DNA of 64,000 nucleotides from a virus: the IMG/VR virus record IMGVR_UViG_3300014204_000170, positions 9,717-73,716 of that record. The stretch is one strand, 5' to 3'. Below, one piece after another: positions 1 through 9,464 of the stretch. Both the position numbers and the translations under genes were made by a program. Within the stretch, counting starts at the first letter, position 1. Every line of letters begins with the position of its first letter. The notes below the pieces were generated by a model. That model was not told the origin of the DNA. It was given only the letters and a program-made list of their open reading frames with translations, and made no database searches.

Positions 1-386
1 AAATAACCCTACCAGCTTCCCATATTATTCCAAATTGAGTATTAATGTTGTTCCATGCTGTATCCCAAACAAGTGTAGTGGAAGTAGTTTTTTCTGGAGT
101 AAATGATTTAGCTATAAAAACATCGTCTGCTATTTCAAATCCTAATCCACATAATTGATTTAAATCATAAAACCCAAACTTAGAAGCATCACCAGCAACT
201 GGAGTTGAAACCTTGACACTAAAAGTTGCATCAGCGCGTAACATATCTGCAAAATGAATAACACTAGCATTATCTAGTTTTAATTGATTGGAAACAACAA
301 CAGGAGTACCTGTAATAGTACTCCATGTGTTTAAATCATATCCTTGACGGATCGGATCGTAATAAAAATTGTAATATTGATTGGAC
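1..386 (-). CDS. hypothetical virion-module protein, N-terminal 128 aa only; gene continues past window start
   Basis: Open minus-strand frame from ATG at 386-384 to position 1 with no stop (MSNQYYNFYYDPIRQGYDLNTWSTITGTPVVV...). Not in the ORF track because it is truncated. Lies in the structural block. Confidence 0.5.
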
Positions 387-442
387 ATGATAAAAATAAA
401 TTAATTAAACTAATATACTTATTTTACCATAGTCCTAGGATA

Positions 443-973
443 TTACTTGATTTTTTCTTCAATCTTTTTATCCTCTTTCTTTGGTTCAGGTTTAACTTCT
501 TTAACTTCTTTCATTTCTTTAGGTTCCTTATCTTTCATATCAGCAGCTAAGTTGGTTATGATATCTTTAAGTATAGTTGGGTTTGCTTTTAAAATTGAAG
601 GAAGCATTTTGATAGCCTCACTTTCAATAAACTTTTTCATTGCTGGAGTAATTTTAACTGGTTTAGCTGTTCCTTTTATTGCTTCTGCGTGTCCATATTT
701 AATTTCAGACATAACATGCTCTGGTTCAATTTCTGTTCTAGAATCAGCATAAGGATCCATTCCTATTGCTTCAACTTCAATAAAATCATTACCAAACTGT
801 GGATGTTCACGAAGCATTTGTGCTACTTTATCTTCTTTAACAGTTACTATTCCTCCTTCAAATTTTATATAAATTCCTGCGACAGGTTGTGTGCCCAAGA
901 TTCGATTACCTTCAATTCCATTCTTAAGAACAACCATATAATTGGAATTTTTACTAACAAATTGTGTTGACAT
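443..973 (-). CDS. hypothetical protein with Lys/Glu-rich C-terminus (structural module)
   Basis: 176-aa ORF, co-oriented and tightly spaced with the capsid genes. Confidence 0.5.
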   Translation of the reverse strand: MSTQFVSKNSNYMVVLKNGIEGNRILGTQPVAGIYIKFEGGIVTVKEDKVAQMLREHPQFGNDFIEVEAIGMDPYADSRTEIEPEHVMSEIKYGHAEAIKGTAKPVKITPAMKKFIESEAIKMLPSILKANPTILKDIITNLAADMKDKEPKEMKEVKEVKPEPKKEDKKIEEKIK

Positions 974-1002
974 AAATTTTTTTATTCATAATTAATAATA
1001 AG

Positions 1003-1072
1003 TCTCTGCTCTGACCTTAATCCGAAGGACGAATTTCTTCATCCTTCGTATAAAGTCAGAGACTTTTTTCTA
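1003..1072. terminator. compound stem-loop with a T-run between structural genes
   Basis: GTCTCTG...CAGAGAC outer stem and TCCGAAGGA...TCCTTCGT inner stem, then ACTTTTTTC. A related GAAGGACTTTTTTCT element lies at about 1840-1885. Confidence 0.4.
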
Positions 1073-1780
1073 CTACTCAATTGTACCTGTAAGTTTCATA
1101 TAAGCACCATCTGCCATAGAAGCAGCATCTTTAATAACTACAATTAATTCTTCACCATCGTTTGAGGTAATTTTACCATTTCCTGATGCGAAATTAACTG
1201 TTGTAGCTGTTGTGTCTACTGATAACCCAGAGTAAATCAATCTTTCTACTGCTCCCTTACGAGCGTAAACTTTTAATTGATTTGCTGCTGCTGTTCCCAT
1301 GTTAGCAACATATGCAATCTCTTGAAGATTGATTCTGTGACCAACCATTGTTGGAGAATTGAAAGCTCTTTCACCTGAAAGACAAGCACCTACATAAAAC
1401 ATTCCACTTGTATCAACCTTAACGTCATAAACAGCGTTGTTTAATTCGTCATATGTTGCTACTGTAATTGTTTCTGCTAATAGTGCATCATCTGAAGCTG
1501 CTGAACGTAGTACGTCCAAAACCTTACACTCAAATATACCAGCTGCGTTTATAGCATCTGCTAGTGCACCCATGGTTGCATAAGCTGAGAACAAATATGT
1601 ATCTGTTCCACCATCTGATGTGATTGTTTCAACACTTGTAGCTGTAATAGTTGCAACTGATGTAACTGTACCAGTACCAATGTATCGAAGTCTAAGAGCA
1701 ACCGCATTATCTGTACCTGCAAATGTAGCTATTCCTTTCTCTAATAATTTTCTTGTTTGTAATGATTCTAATGAAGCCAT
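1073..1780 (-). CDS. putative virion structural protein (Ala/Thr/Gly-rich; possible decoration or major tail protein)
   Basis: 235-aa ORF immediately downstream of the putative major capsid gene. Flanked by strong stem-loops, which suggests high expression. Confidence 0.45.
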   Translation of the reverse strand: MASLESLQTRKLLEKGIATFAGTDNAVALRLRYIGTGTVTSVATITATSVETITSDGGTDTYLFSAYATMGALADAINAAGIFECKVLDVLRSAASDDALLAETITVATYDELNNAVYDVKVDTSGMFYVGACLSGERAFNSPTMVGHRINLQEIAYVANMGTAAANQLKVYARKGAVERLIYSGLSVDTTATTVNFASGNGKITSNDGEELIVVIKDAASMADGAYMKLTGTIE

Positions 1781-1940
1781 AATTTAATTTTAATCAAGCA
1801 TTAACCCGTGCTTTAATCGGGGAATGGTTCGAAACCACCCATGTCTATGATTTATAGTCCCATAAACACGAAGGACTTTTTTCTATTTGCCCCATAAAAG
1901 AATTTACAGGGCATTAGAAATTTAACTTAACCTAATAGTA

Positions 1941-3218
1941 CTAAGCAGTTACTCCTAGAAGTAATGAATGCTTTGCAGCGTGTTCTCTTTGTAGACCTAC
2001 TTCTGAGATGTATTGATCTACCTGTCCATCTGCATCTGGAGCTTGAATATTTGTTTGTAAACTTGTATCTCGGTTATTCAAGAAACGATATACAAATGAT
2101 TCCATATCTAGCATGAATGCATAACTAGCATAGTCTTGAACAAATAGAGGGTTGTGAACGATATTTATTGTACCGAACGCAGTTACGTATCTACTTATTT
2201 TCATACCATATGAAGTTGCTTCTGGGGCCATAAGAATCTGACCTCGTGCAATTTCATTAATAGCCTGAAGAACTATACCACCAGCAAACATAACTTTTTC
2301 ATTGTTTCCATATGTGAAAGATTCACGTAGGAAGGTATTAAGATCTGGAGCGGTAAGAGCACCTCCTTGATTCTGAACGTAGGCGTTTCCTGCGTTTATG
2401 AATTCAAGAATTCCTCCTGTACCTCTCTTAATATGACCTTGTGCACCTGTGAAAGCTGCTGTTTTTTGACCAAACCAAAACGCTTTTTCAATATCAAGAG
2501 CATGTTCTGTACCTTTCTTTGCTCTTTGATAAGGTAAGTCTTTACCTCCGTAGAGATTAGCTTCCTTTTCAGTGTTAGACAAGGCAATAGTAGTCTTGAA
2601 AATCTGAGTGTAGTTGGTTTGAGGAGTGACACGTGTTGTGTTAACAGCACGAGCACCTCCGTTTTCTTCATTGGCATTACCAATAATGAAAAGTCCATCA
2701 CCTGCTAACGGAGCTGCTGCAGCTGTAGACCCAAAGGCTCTTGAAGCTGTATTGATAGTGATACCTGTTCCACTACCTGCTGCATCGATTAACATGTTTT
2801 CACCTGTTCTTGCGTTTTTTACGATATCTCCAATTGTGAAGATAGTTGCAGACGCGCTTCCTGCTCCTGTTAAGACAAGTACGATTGTACCAGTATCACC
2901 TGAAGTGACTGATGCAATACGACAGTATCTTCCACCATAATAATCTTCGAACCATTTGAACTCTGGGTTACCAGTAGCTCTCTTCATCATTCCAGAACCC
3001 TTCCAAGCCTTACCATCCCATACCTTTCCTACATTTGTAAGAAGAGTTACGAGTGGGTGCTTATTAGGTTCCAAAAGAAAGATTTTATCAACTGCATCAA
3101 CGATTAAACGTTGTTCTGCTGCTGAAACGACAGTTGTTCGTCCTGCGTTTGCTGCTGTCAAAGTGATTGCAGCACCTACATCGTGGGTAGGCTCCGTGTA
3201 ATAAGGAAATGTTGACAT
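1941..3218 (-). CDS. putative major capsid protein
   Basis: 425-aa ORF placed after the portal and scaffold-like genes in a typical head-module order. Size and composition fit an HK97-fold major capsid protein. No search was run. Confidence 0.5.
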   Translation of the reverse strand: MSTFPYYTEPTHDVGAAITLTAANAGRTTVVSAAEQRLIVDAVDKIFLLEPNKHPLVTLLTNVGKVWDGKAWKGSGMMKRATGNPEFKWFEDYYGGRYCRIASVTSGDTGTIVLVLTGAGSASATIFTIGDIVKNARTGENMLIDAAGSGTGITINTASRAFGSTAAAAPLAGDGLFIIGNANEENGGARAVNTTRVTPQTNYTQIFKTTIALSNTEKEANLYGGKDLPYQRAKKGTEHALDIEKAFWFGQKTAAFTGAQGHIKRGTGGILEFINAGNAYVQNQGGALTAPDLNTFLRESFTYGNNEKVMFAGGIVLQAINEIARGQILMAPEATSYGMKISRYVTAFGTINIVHNPLFVQDYASYAFMLDMESFVYRFLNNRDTSLQTNIQAPDADGQVDQYISEVGLQREHAAKHSLLLGVTA

Positions 3219-3307
3219 ATAATTTTTTTCTAATAAACTAATAAACTAATAATCTAATGTGTTAAAAACAATTTTGTCTATAGTTTATTTTCATATTTAG
3301 CTAAACC

Positions 3308-4099
3308 CTAAAATGAATTAGGATTTGCTTTATTGGAAATCAAAGAATCAATCATGTTACTATCTGCTGATATTCGGTGTGTTGAATTTCCTGAACCACC
3401 ACCCATGTTTAATGCTCCTGATTTTTCTAATTCTGCTTTATCTATTTCTGCTTGGGCACGAGCTTCTTTTTCTGAAAGTTCTCCTTTGACTGCGTAGTAT
3501 GCAATAGAAATGTCTGTAACATCATGTTCATCAAGCCATGCATCGATTTCTTTAGAGTATTTTGAGAAATCTGGTGTTCGATTTATAAAATCATTTACAC
3601 TAGATTCAAATGCACTAAGGTCATCTCTTTCTTTTAATTCTTTCTGTAAATCACCCTTAAGTTCTCTAGCTTTGTCCTCAATAAGTTTTGAGATTTCTTC
3701 AGGAGAAGCACCTTTGTACTCTGCCTTAGTTAAATCTTTTTTAACTTCTGCGGCTGCTGTATTAACTATTTCAGCATCTGTGATCGAAACCTTACCTTCC
3801 ATAGCTGCTTTTGCTAGGTCTGGCGTAATTTTTCCGTCCACGATGGCTTGTATAAGTTCAGGACTTTTATCTAACTTGTCTAACAATGGAGAGATATCAG
3901 AAATAAACTTTCTATATTCTCCTAATTCTGCCCCTTGCCTTCCTACAAGACTCTCCAGTTCCTTATGTTGTACTGGATCTATTTGAGGTGCTTGATTTTG
4001 TGTCTCCCCTACAGCACCTCCAAAGCTATTAGGATTAGGAACACTTGTAACTTCTGGACTACCCGCATTTGCGGATCCATTGAATTTATTTTCTTCCAT
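3308..4099 (-). CDS. putative scaffolding protein
   Basis: 263 aa, highly charged and coiled-coil-like (KELKERDDLSAFES...). Sits between the portal region and the capsid gene. Confidence 0.4.
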   Translation of the reverse strand: MEENKFNGSANAGSPEVTSVPNPNSFGGAVGETQNQAPQIDPVQHKELESLVGRQGAELGEYRKFISDISPLLDKLDKSPELIQAIVDGKITPDLAKAAMEGKVSITDAEIVNTAAAEVKKDLTKAEYKGASPEEISKLIEDKARELKGDLQKELKERDDLSAFESSVNDFINRTPDFSKYSKEIDAWLDEHDVTDISIAYYAVKGELSEKEARAQAEIDKAELEKSGALNMGGGSGNSTHRISADSNMIDSLISNKANPNSF

Positions 4100-4151
4100 A
4101 AATTTTTTTATTCATAATTAATAATAAAACCGACTTATTTGTATATCATTT

Positions 4152-4676
4152 TTATAACTTAATTCCGTTAATGCATTCTTCAACTGATTCATTTATATCA
4201 TGTTCCCAAAAACGATAAACCATATAACCATTAGAGATAAGTACTTGATCTTGTTTAAAATCTCTATCTCTTCGACCAATATATTTATCTGGATGATGAA
4301 TGGGGCAATTATGATAATAACAACCATCTACTTGAATTGCAATACCGTAATCTGTTAATAAAAAATCTACCACCGCTACTTTACATAATTGAACTTGTTT
4401 TGTATATTTAATATTTCTTTCCTTAAGTTCATTTTCTACTTTTACCTCAATTCCTGTTTCTTTAAATTTACGATTTGGATTAGCAATTTGCCATTCACTA
4501 TTTTTCTTTTTAACTTCAGGCCTCTTTGAAGGATTTTTATCTCCAATCATTGCTTCTTTGCGTTTTTGTCTATTTTCTAATTTTTTAGAAGGATTTTTAT
4601 CAGTTAACATAAATTTTCTATGTTTTTCTCGTGTAATATCTGAAACTAATTTTCTTTTATATTGTCCTGTAGGCAT
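4152..4676 (-). CDS. Vsr/DUF559-like endonuclease-fold protein (possible free-standing homing endonuclease)
   Basis: C-terminal motif DGCYYHNCPIHHPD...RDRDFKQDQVLISNGYMVYRFWEHDI resembles very-short-patch-repair/DUF559 nucleases. The N-terminus carries lysine-rich DKNPSK repeats. Confidence 0.4.
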   Translation of the reverse strand: MPTGQYKRKLVSDITREKHRKFMLTDKNPSKKLENRQKRKEAMIGDKNPSKRPEVKKKNSEWQIANPNRKFKETGIEVKVENELKERNIKYTKQVQLCKVAVVDFLLTDYGIAIQVDGCYYHNCPIHHPDKYIGRRDRDFKQDQVLISNGYMVYRFWEHDINESVEECINGIKL

Positions 4677-4846
4677 ATATTATTTTCTCTTTCCAAATTT
4701 TTTTTCGGAAAGTTTTTTTGCGATATCAACTAAATCAACTCCCTCCTTTTGTGGTTCCTTCTTAAGTTTTAGAAGTACCTCGGATATTGCTTCATTAATT
4801 GGACTATCTTGCGTTTTTTCCATATTTATATTCATATTTATAATAA

Positions 4847-5080
4847 TTACTTATTAGCGAAATTACCAATTGCTGCAGAAACTTTTCCTGCATTTGCTTC
4901 TAATCCTTCTTTGAAGGTTGATCCCTTTGCTCTTAATTGTGCTGCTTTCTTTTTCTTAAGTTTGTTTATAACCCTTGTTTCCTTTGTTGTTCTATCTGAA
5001 CCGATATTGCCAAAAGGCTTCATTCCTAATAGGTCTGATTGATCATGCGTATTAACTTTTCCTTTGTCTTCATTAAACAT
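4847..5080 (-). CDS. hypothetical protein
   Basis: 77-aa ORF in the co-directional block. Confidence 0.3.
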   Translation of the reverse strand: MFNEDKGKVNTHDQSDLLGMKPFGNIGSDRTTKETRVINKLKKKKAAQLRAKGSTFKEGLEANAGKVSAAIGNFANK

Positions 5081-5085
5081 ATAAT

Positions 5086-5397
5086 TTAATTAATTTTTTT
5101 AGTAATAATCGACTTTAGACTTTTCTTTTTTTCTTCCTTGGTTTCATTTTCTTCCATCTTACTAAGACCTGTATAATAATTAGGATGTTCATTAATGTGA
5201 GCTAGTGCTATTTTACCAGTTTTTAGTGGATCATCGTTTGTTAAATTAGCATTAACCCCCTCTCTTGTTGCATCCTTACCATGTTCTAACTCCACACCTA
5301 AACCAATTTGAAATTGTTTTTGTCCATGTTCGTTAAACTTAACCTTAAGTTTTGAGGCAATATCTCTTGATTCTTTTGTGGTAAACCCTTTTTTCAT
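5086..5397 (-). CDS. hypothetical protein
   Basis: 103-aa ORF. Confidence 0.35.
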   Translation of the reverse strand: MKKGFTTKESRDIASKLKVKFNEHGQKQFQIGLGVELEHGKDATREGVNANLTNDDPLKTGKIALAHINEHPNYYTGLSKMEENETKEEKKKSLKSIITKKIN

Positions 5398-5670
5398 TTT
5401 ATTTCTTTAAATTTGTATATTTTTTAAAAGACATATCTTTTTCATTATCATTTTTACCTTCACTTATTTCTTTTGTCTTGGATTCTACTCCCTCATGAGC
5501 AGAACTACCATCAATAGACTTTAATACTTTTTTTATTATACCTTTTTTATCTTTTTTCATGTTGTTTTTTTAAAATTTTTTTAATAATCTTTTTCTTTTG
5601 ATTAACATCTACCTTTAATCGACCCTCCTCCGATGAATTAGATGTAGTTGTTGGTCCAGTGTAGTTCATA

Positions 5671-5916
5671 TTAAGAAAATTTAAATGCCTTAGCTTTTTT
5701 AACGGCCTTTTTTAAAATTGTAACCTTTGGAGATTTTGGTAATTTAGTAAGTTTAGTGATACTAGAATAATTAAATGCCTTTGGTTGTTTTGTTGTTGAA
5801 AGCTTAGGTGCCTTGATGGAAGGTTGTTTTATACTAGGTGCTTTAGTAAAAGAAGCAAATTTTGCACTTGTTTTAGGTAATCCTGCATTTTTTAATTTTG
5901 TAAAACTTAAGTTCAT
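5671..5916 (-). CDS. hypothetical lysine-rich protein
   Basis: 81-aa ORF. Confidence 0.3.
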   Translation of the reverse strand: MNLSFTKLKNAGLPKTSAKFASFTKAPSIKQPSIKAPKLSTTKQPKAFNYSSITKLTKLPKSPKVTILKKAVKKAKAFKFS

Positions 5917-5956
5917 ATTATTATTATAACATAGATACTAATCAATAAACAAGTAT

Positions 5957-6307
5957 CTAATATTTTCCATATGCTCCACCTAAATCGTTTTTAGCTTCTT
6001 CTTCTTTTGTGTTTGGATCTTCTGCTTTTTTTGATTCATATTTAAGAGATAAAACTGCATCCTGTAAATCTAACATTCCTGTAATTATACCTTGATATTG
6101 TGATATTTTTGATGGTTCCTTAACTGGATCTAGTGTGAGAAATGAGTCTTGTATAACTGCTATTCTGTCTAGTGTATATTTTAATATTGCGAACCAATAT
6201 GGTGTGCCTTCTATAGCTTTCAAGTTTATCTTCATCTCATCAATTGACATTTCTCTTATTGCATCTCTTACATCTTGTGTAAAGTAATCTTTTTTTTCAT
6301 TTGTCAT
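5957..6307 (-). CDS. hypothetical protein
   Basis: 116-aa ORF. Confidence 0.4.
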   Translation of the reverse strand: MTNEKKDYFTQDVRDAIREMSIDEMKINLKAIEGTPYWFAILKYTLDRIAVIQDSFLTLDPVKEPSKISQYQGIITGMLDLQDAVLSLKYESKKAEDPNTKEEEAKNDLGGAYGKY

Positions 6308-6339
6308 ATTTATATATTCATATTTAAATTAATAATTAC

Positions 6340-6927
6340 TTACTTGTTTTTATTATATGCATCAAGTCTATTTTTATTTATAGAGCTTTTTGCTTTTTCG
6401 AACCATTCATCTTTCTGTTTGGTATTCATTTTTGAAACTGGTTCAGGAATAGCATCTAGGTCTGAATATTTTTCAACTGATTTAAATGGTGCCTTTTTAA
6501 CTGAATTTTTAGAAGGCATTGTTTTGGGAGCATTTAATGGCATTGTTCTTATTCCATATGATGGTATTGTTTTTAGTGTGTTTTTTAATACCTCTTTTTG
6601 TGGAGATACAATAGATTTTACTTTATCTACATTACTTTTTATATTTTCACCCATTGCATGTAAAGCACCTACACCACCATATATAGCACCTTTTGCTCCT
6701 GAATACACCTTATCAAGAAGGTTATTTTTATTAATGGCTGATTCTTCTTTGTATTTAGCCATATTGTTCGCATATGCTTCGTTATAGTTTTTACTTGTAT
6801 GTTCTTTAATATTTTGTGCCCCTCTTTTAAACCCAGTTACTGTGTCAGCTACTGGGCCACCTTTTCCACACGCCTTTTTTAATATTTCTTTTTTTGTTAT
6901 TGTTTTCATTTGATTATTATACCACAT
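6340..6927 (-). CDS. hypothetical protein
   Basis: 195-aa ORF. Confidence 0.4.
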   Translation of the reverse strand: MWYNNQMKTITKKEILKKACGKGGPVADTVTGFKRGAQNIKEHTSKNYNEAYANNMAKYKEESAINKNNLLDKVYSGAKGAIYGGVGALHAMGENIKSNVDKVKSIVSPQKEVLKNTLKTIPSYGIRTMPLNAPKTMPSKNSVKKAPFKSVEKYSDLDAIPEPVSKMNTKQKDEWFEKAKSSINKNRLDAYNKNK

Positions 6928-6928
6928 G

Positions 6929-7255
6929 TTAATTATTAATACTAATTTTATTGCCTAATGAATTTACTCTTGATCTTGGGATCGCACTAGCCGTTGGTGG
7001 CTCACCAGATTTTAATAAATTTATGGGAGATGATGCTTCTTCAAAAGATGAATCTACACTTGGTCCCCCTTTTCCTGTATGTTTCTTAATTGTTTTTTTA
7101 ATAATTGCTATTTTTGTCTTTGTTTTAATTTTATGTTCAGGTAGTTTTTTTATATCCTTAGTGGCATCAGCCCATTCTTGTGCATGCGCTTTCATTTCTG
7201 GACCTAATGCTCCGCTGAAAGCTCCCCTCATTTGTGCTAAACTTTGAAATGGCAT
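6929..7255 (-). CDS. hypothetical protein sharing a ~30-aa motif with the portal C-terminus
   Basis: 108-aa ORF. The segment ASSPINLLKSGEPPTAS...NSLGNK parallels the portal segment ASSPINLLNMSGTPPTAA...RGLNK. Confidence 0.35.
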   Translation of the reverse strand: MPFQSLAQMRGAFSGALGPEMKAHAQEWADATKDIKKLPEHKIKTKTKIAIIKKTIKKHTGKGGPSVDSSFEEASSPINLLKSGEPPTASAIPRSRVNSLGNKISINN

Positions 7256-7256
7256 A

Positions 7257-9425
7257 TTATTTACCTTTTTGAAGGCTAGTTGCCCTACTTAATAATTGTG
7301 CTTCAGGATTACTATTTATACTGTGAGTGCTTGTATTTGTATTTACTTTTCCGCTTTTATTTAACCCCCTTGGATTTGATGTTGGTAGTGGAACACGTGC
7401 AGCTGTTGGTGGGGTTCCAGACATATTTAATAGATTTATGGGAGAAGATGCTTGTGTAAATGCTGAAGGAACACCTGCTGGTCCTCCTCTTAGCATAGCT
7501 AATGCATTTTGCGCTACATCTGGTGATATATTTTTCATTCCTGGTTGTGGAGCTTCAATTATTGGTGGTGGTTGCATAATTCCAGCATTAGGATCTTCCA
7601 TTGGTGGTAATGGCTGCCCATCTGGACCCACTGCAGGTGCTCCATCTGCTCCAGCTATTTTTACATTTGGATCTTCACTTTTAGTTATAGAATCAAGTGC
7701 CCAATTCCAATCAACAAGAACCTTTTGTGTAAGTTTCTGAGGGTCAACGAATGGAAGATTAATAAGAAGCTGGAATAGATCCATGTCTTGTTTCTTTTTA
7801 ATGTCTTGTTGTCCTGCAATAGATGGAAGAACTGCTGCTTTATAATCAAACCTTCCTTCTAGGTCATCTTTTTGAATAAGTGGAAATATCTCCTTACCAT
7901 CATCTCCGATTATTCGAATAATCATATCTTTTGTAAAAAATTGACGTGACATATCCATCCAATATCTCATAAGAATAGAAAATCCATCTCCTAGGTGGTT
8001 TACAAATAAACGAACACGCTCAAGTGTTGATTCACGAAGGTGTCGTACTTCTGTTGCTGAACTTGCTCCTCCTCCCGCTCCCATTGAAAAATCATCTACA
8101 CCAGATGCGTAACGCATATCTGCCTTAAGTAAATCTTCTTCTTTGTAAGCTGAAGCTTTAATATCTGAAAATTGAACTTCACGAACTCCATTAGGATCAA
8201 CTGAATAAATAATACCAAAAGGACGTGTTACAAGTTCTTCTTTATTAATGTTTGCTAGTGGGTTAACTATCCACATCTTATGAATACCAAGAGTAGCAGC
8301 ATCTAGACGCTGGTTTTTAATCATATTCATCATAATCTGAGGATTTTCAAGAATCATAGGTAATCCATATCCTTCAAATTCTCCTGGAATCTTTAAGTAA
8401 GGAAAATCAATAAACGTAGCTTCTTTAAAATCATAAGGAATAGGCATCCATCCTCCTTTGAAGATCGGTGTATATCCACCACCAACGTGAACTGAGTACA
8501 TATCTTGAAATGGTTGTGTGTATTCGAAAACTTCGTACATTTGAAGTTCTGGATCACCAAAGGTATTATATTTATCACTACCATAACCAAAAGAACCATA
8601 AGTTGGTCCATTAAACGTATTAATACCGTTAAATGTATTAATACCCTTAACAACAAGTTCCTGGTTTTGTTTCACCTGTGTTCTAATAGAAGCGTAATCA
8701 GTTAAATCACCTCCTGGATTATTTAAAGCTAGTTGTAAACGTTCTGGATCAGCATTAGGATAACGTCTTACTATTTCTGGTGCAGTTAAACACAATCTCT
8801 TAAACCAATACTGCTTAGATCCACGATCCGTGTTGTGCCAGTCATACATTAAAGAGTAGTTATCTACCCATTCAGCTGTTGGTGCATCATAAAATGTTTT
8901 TTCTTCTGTTTTCCATTCATATTTCTTTTTACTTAAATCTTTTGTTTTTAAGAATTTTTGTTTTCTTACATCCTTCTTCCATGAAGCCTGTAAAAATCCT
9001 GTTCCATAAACTAAAGAAGAACGAACAACATCTTCTACTGTTCTATCCATTTTTGATATTTCCCAAATATAGTCTCCTAGTTGTTGTTGTTTTTCTGACT
9101 TATTTTGATCTTCTTGTGTTCTACCTTGAACAGTAAAATCAGGACGTGCATCTAAAACACGAGGCATAAGAGTTTCTACCACAGCTTGAACGTAAGGAAC
9201 GAATATATTTGACTGCCAGGATTTAATCTGTAACTGTCTGTCTCCATTATAAGCGATATAAAGTTTATATGATCTATCTAGTCTTGGCTTAATTATGCGT
9301 AAAAAATACTGACGAGCATCCATTAAAGATAACATGAACTTCGATTGAAATTCAACCTCATCTTTGCCGTAGTTAGATGGGTTGTAAGTATTGTAACGCG
9401 TATATTTTGAATATTGTGTAAGCAT
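7257..9425 (-). CDS. portal protein
   Basis: 722-aa ORF directly downstream of the large terminase gene. Size and position are typical of phage portals. No search was run. Confidence 0.65.
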   Translation of the reverse strand: MLTQYSKYTRYNTYNPSNYGKDEVEFQSKFMLSLMDARQYFLRIIKPRLDRSYKLYIAYNGDRQLQIKSWQSNIFVPYVQAVVETLMPRVLDARPDFTVQGRTQEDQNKSEKQQQLGDYIWEISKMDRTVEDVVRSSLVYGTGFLQASWKKDVRKQKFLKTKDLSKKKYEWKTEEKTFYDAPTAEWVDNYSLMYDWHNTDRGSKQYWFKRLCLTAPEIVRRYPNADPERLQLALNNPGGDLTDYASIRTQVKQNQELVVKGINTFNGINTFNGPTYGSFGYGSDKYNTFGDPELQMYEVFEYTQPFQDMYSVHVGGGYTPIFKGGWMPIPYDFKEATFIDFPYLKIPGEFEGYGLPMILENPQIMMNMIKNQRLDAATLGIHKMWIVNPLANINKEELVTRPFGIIYSVDPNGVREVQFSDIKASAYKEEDLLKADMRYASGVDDFSMGAGGGASSATEVRHLRESTLERVRLFVNHLGDGFSILMRYWMDMSRQFFTKDMIIRIIGDDGKEIFPLIQKDDLEGRFDYKAAVLPSIAGQQDIKKKQDMDLFQLLINLPFVDPQKLTQKVLVDWNWALDSITKSEDPNVKIAGADGAPAVGPDGQPLPPMEDPNAGIMQPPPIIEAPQPGMKNISPDVAQNALAMLRGGPAGVPSAFTQASSPINLLNMSGTPPTAARVPLPTSNPRGLNKSGKVNTNTSTHSINSNPEAQLLSRATSLQKGK

Positions 9426-9464
9426 ATATTTATAAGTCTATTTTATCATAGTACTATTTTATTA

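Noticed and set aside
344-970. ORFs 344-550(+), 447-752(+) and 689-970(+)
   Set aside because: They are antisense to the 443-973 and 1-386 minus-strand genes, have low-complexity hydrophobic translations, and have no independent start context.
2396-3201. Plus-strand ORFs (2396-2701 minus, 2626-2940, 2956-3201) overlapping the capsid gene
   Set aside because: They are embedded entirely within a long, well-formed minus-strand gene. Such shadow ORFs are typical inside large genes of compositionally biased genomes.
3510-4117. ORFs 3510-3986(+) and 3935-4117(+)
   Set aside because: Antisense shadow ORFs inside the scaffold-like gene.
7327-9136. ORFs 7327-7740(+), 8393-8656(-), 8505-8705(+) and 8879-9136(+) inside the portal gene
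   Set aside because: Shadow or alternative-frame ORFs within a 722-aa gene.
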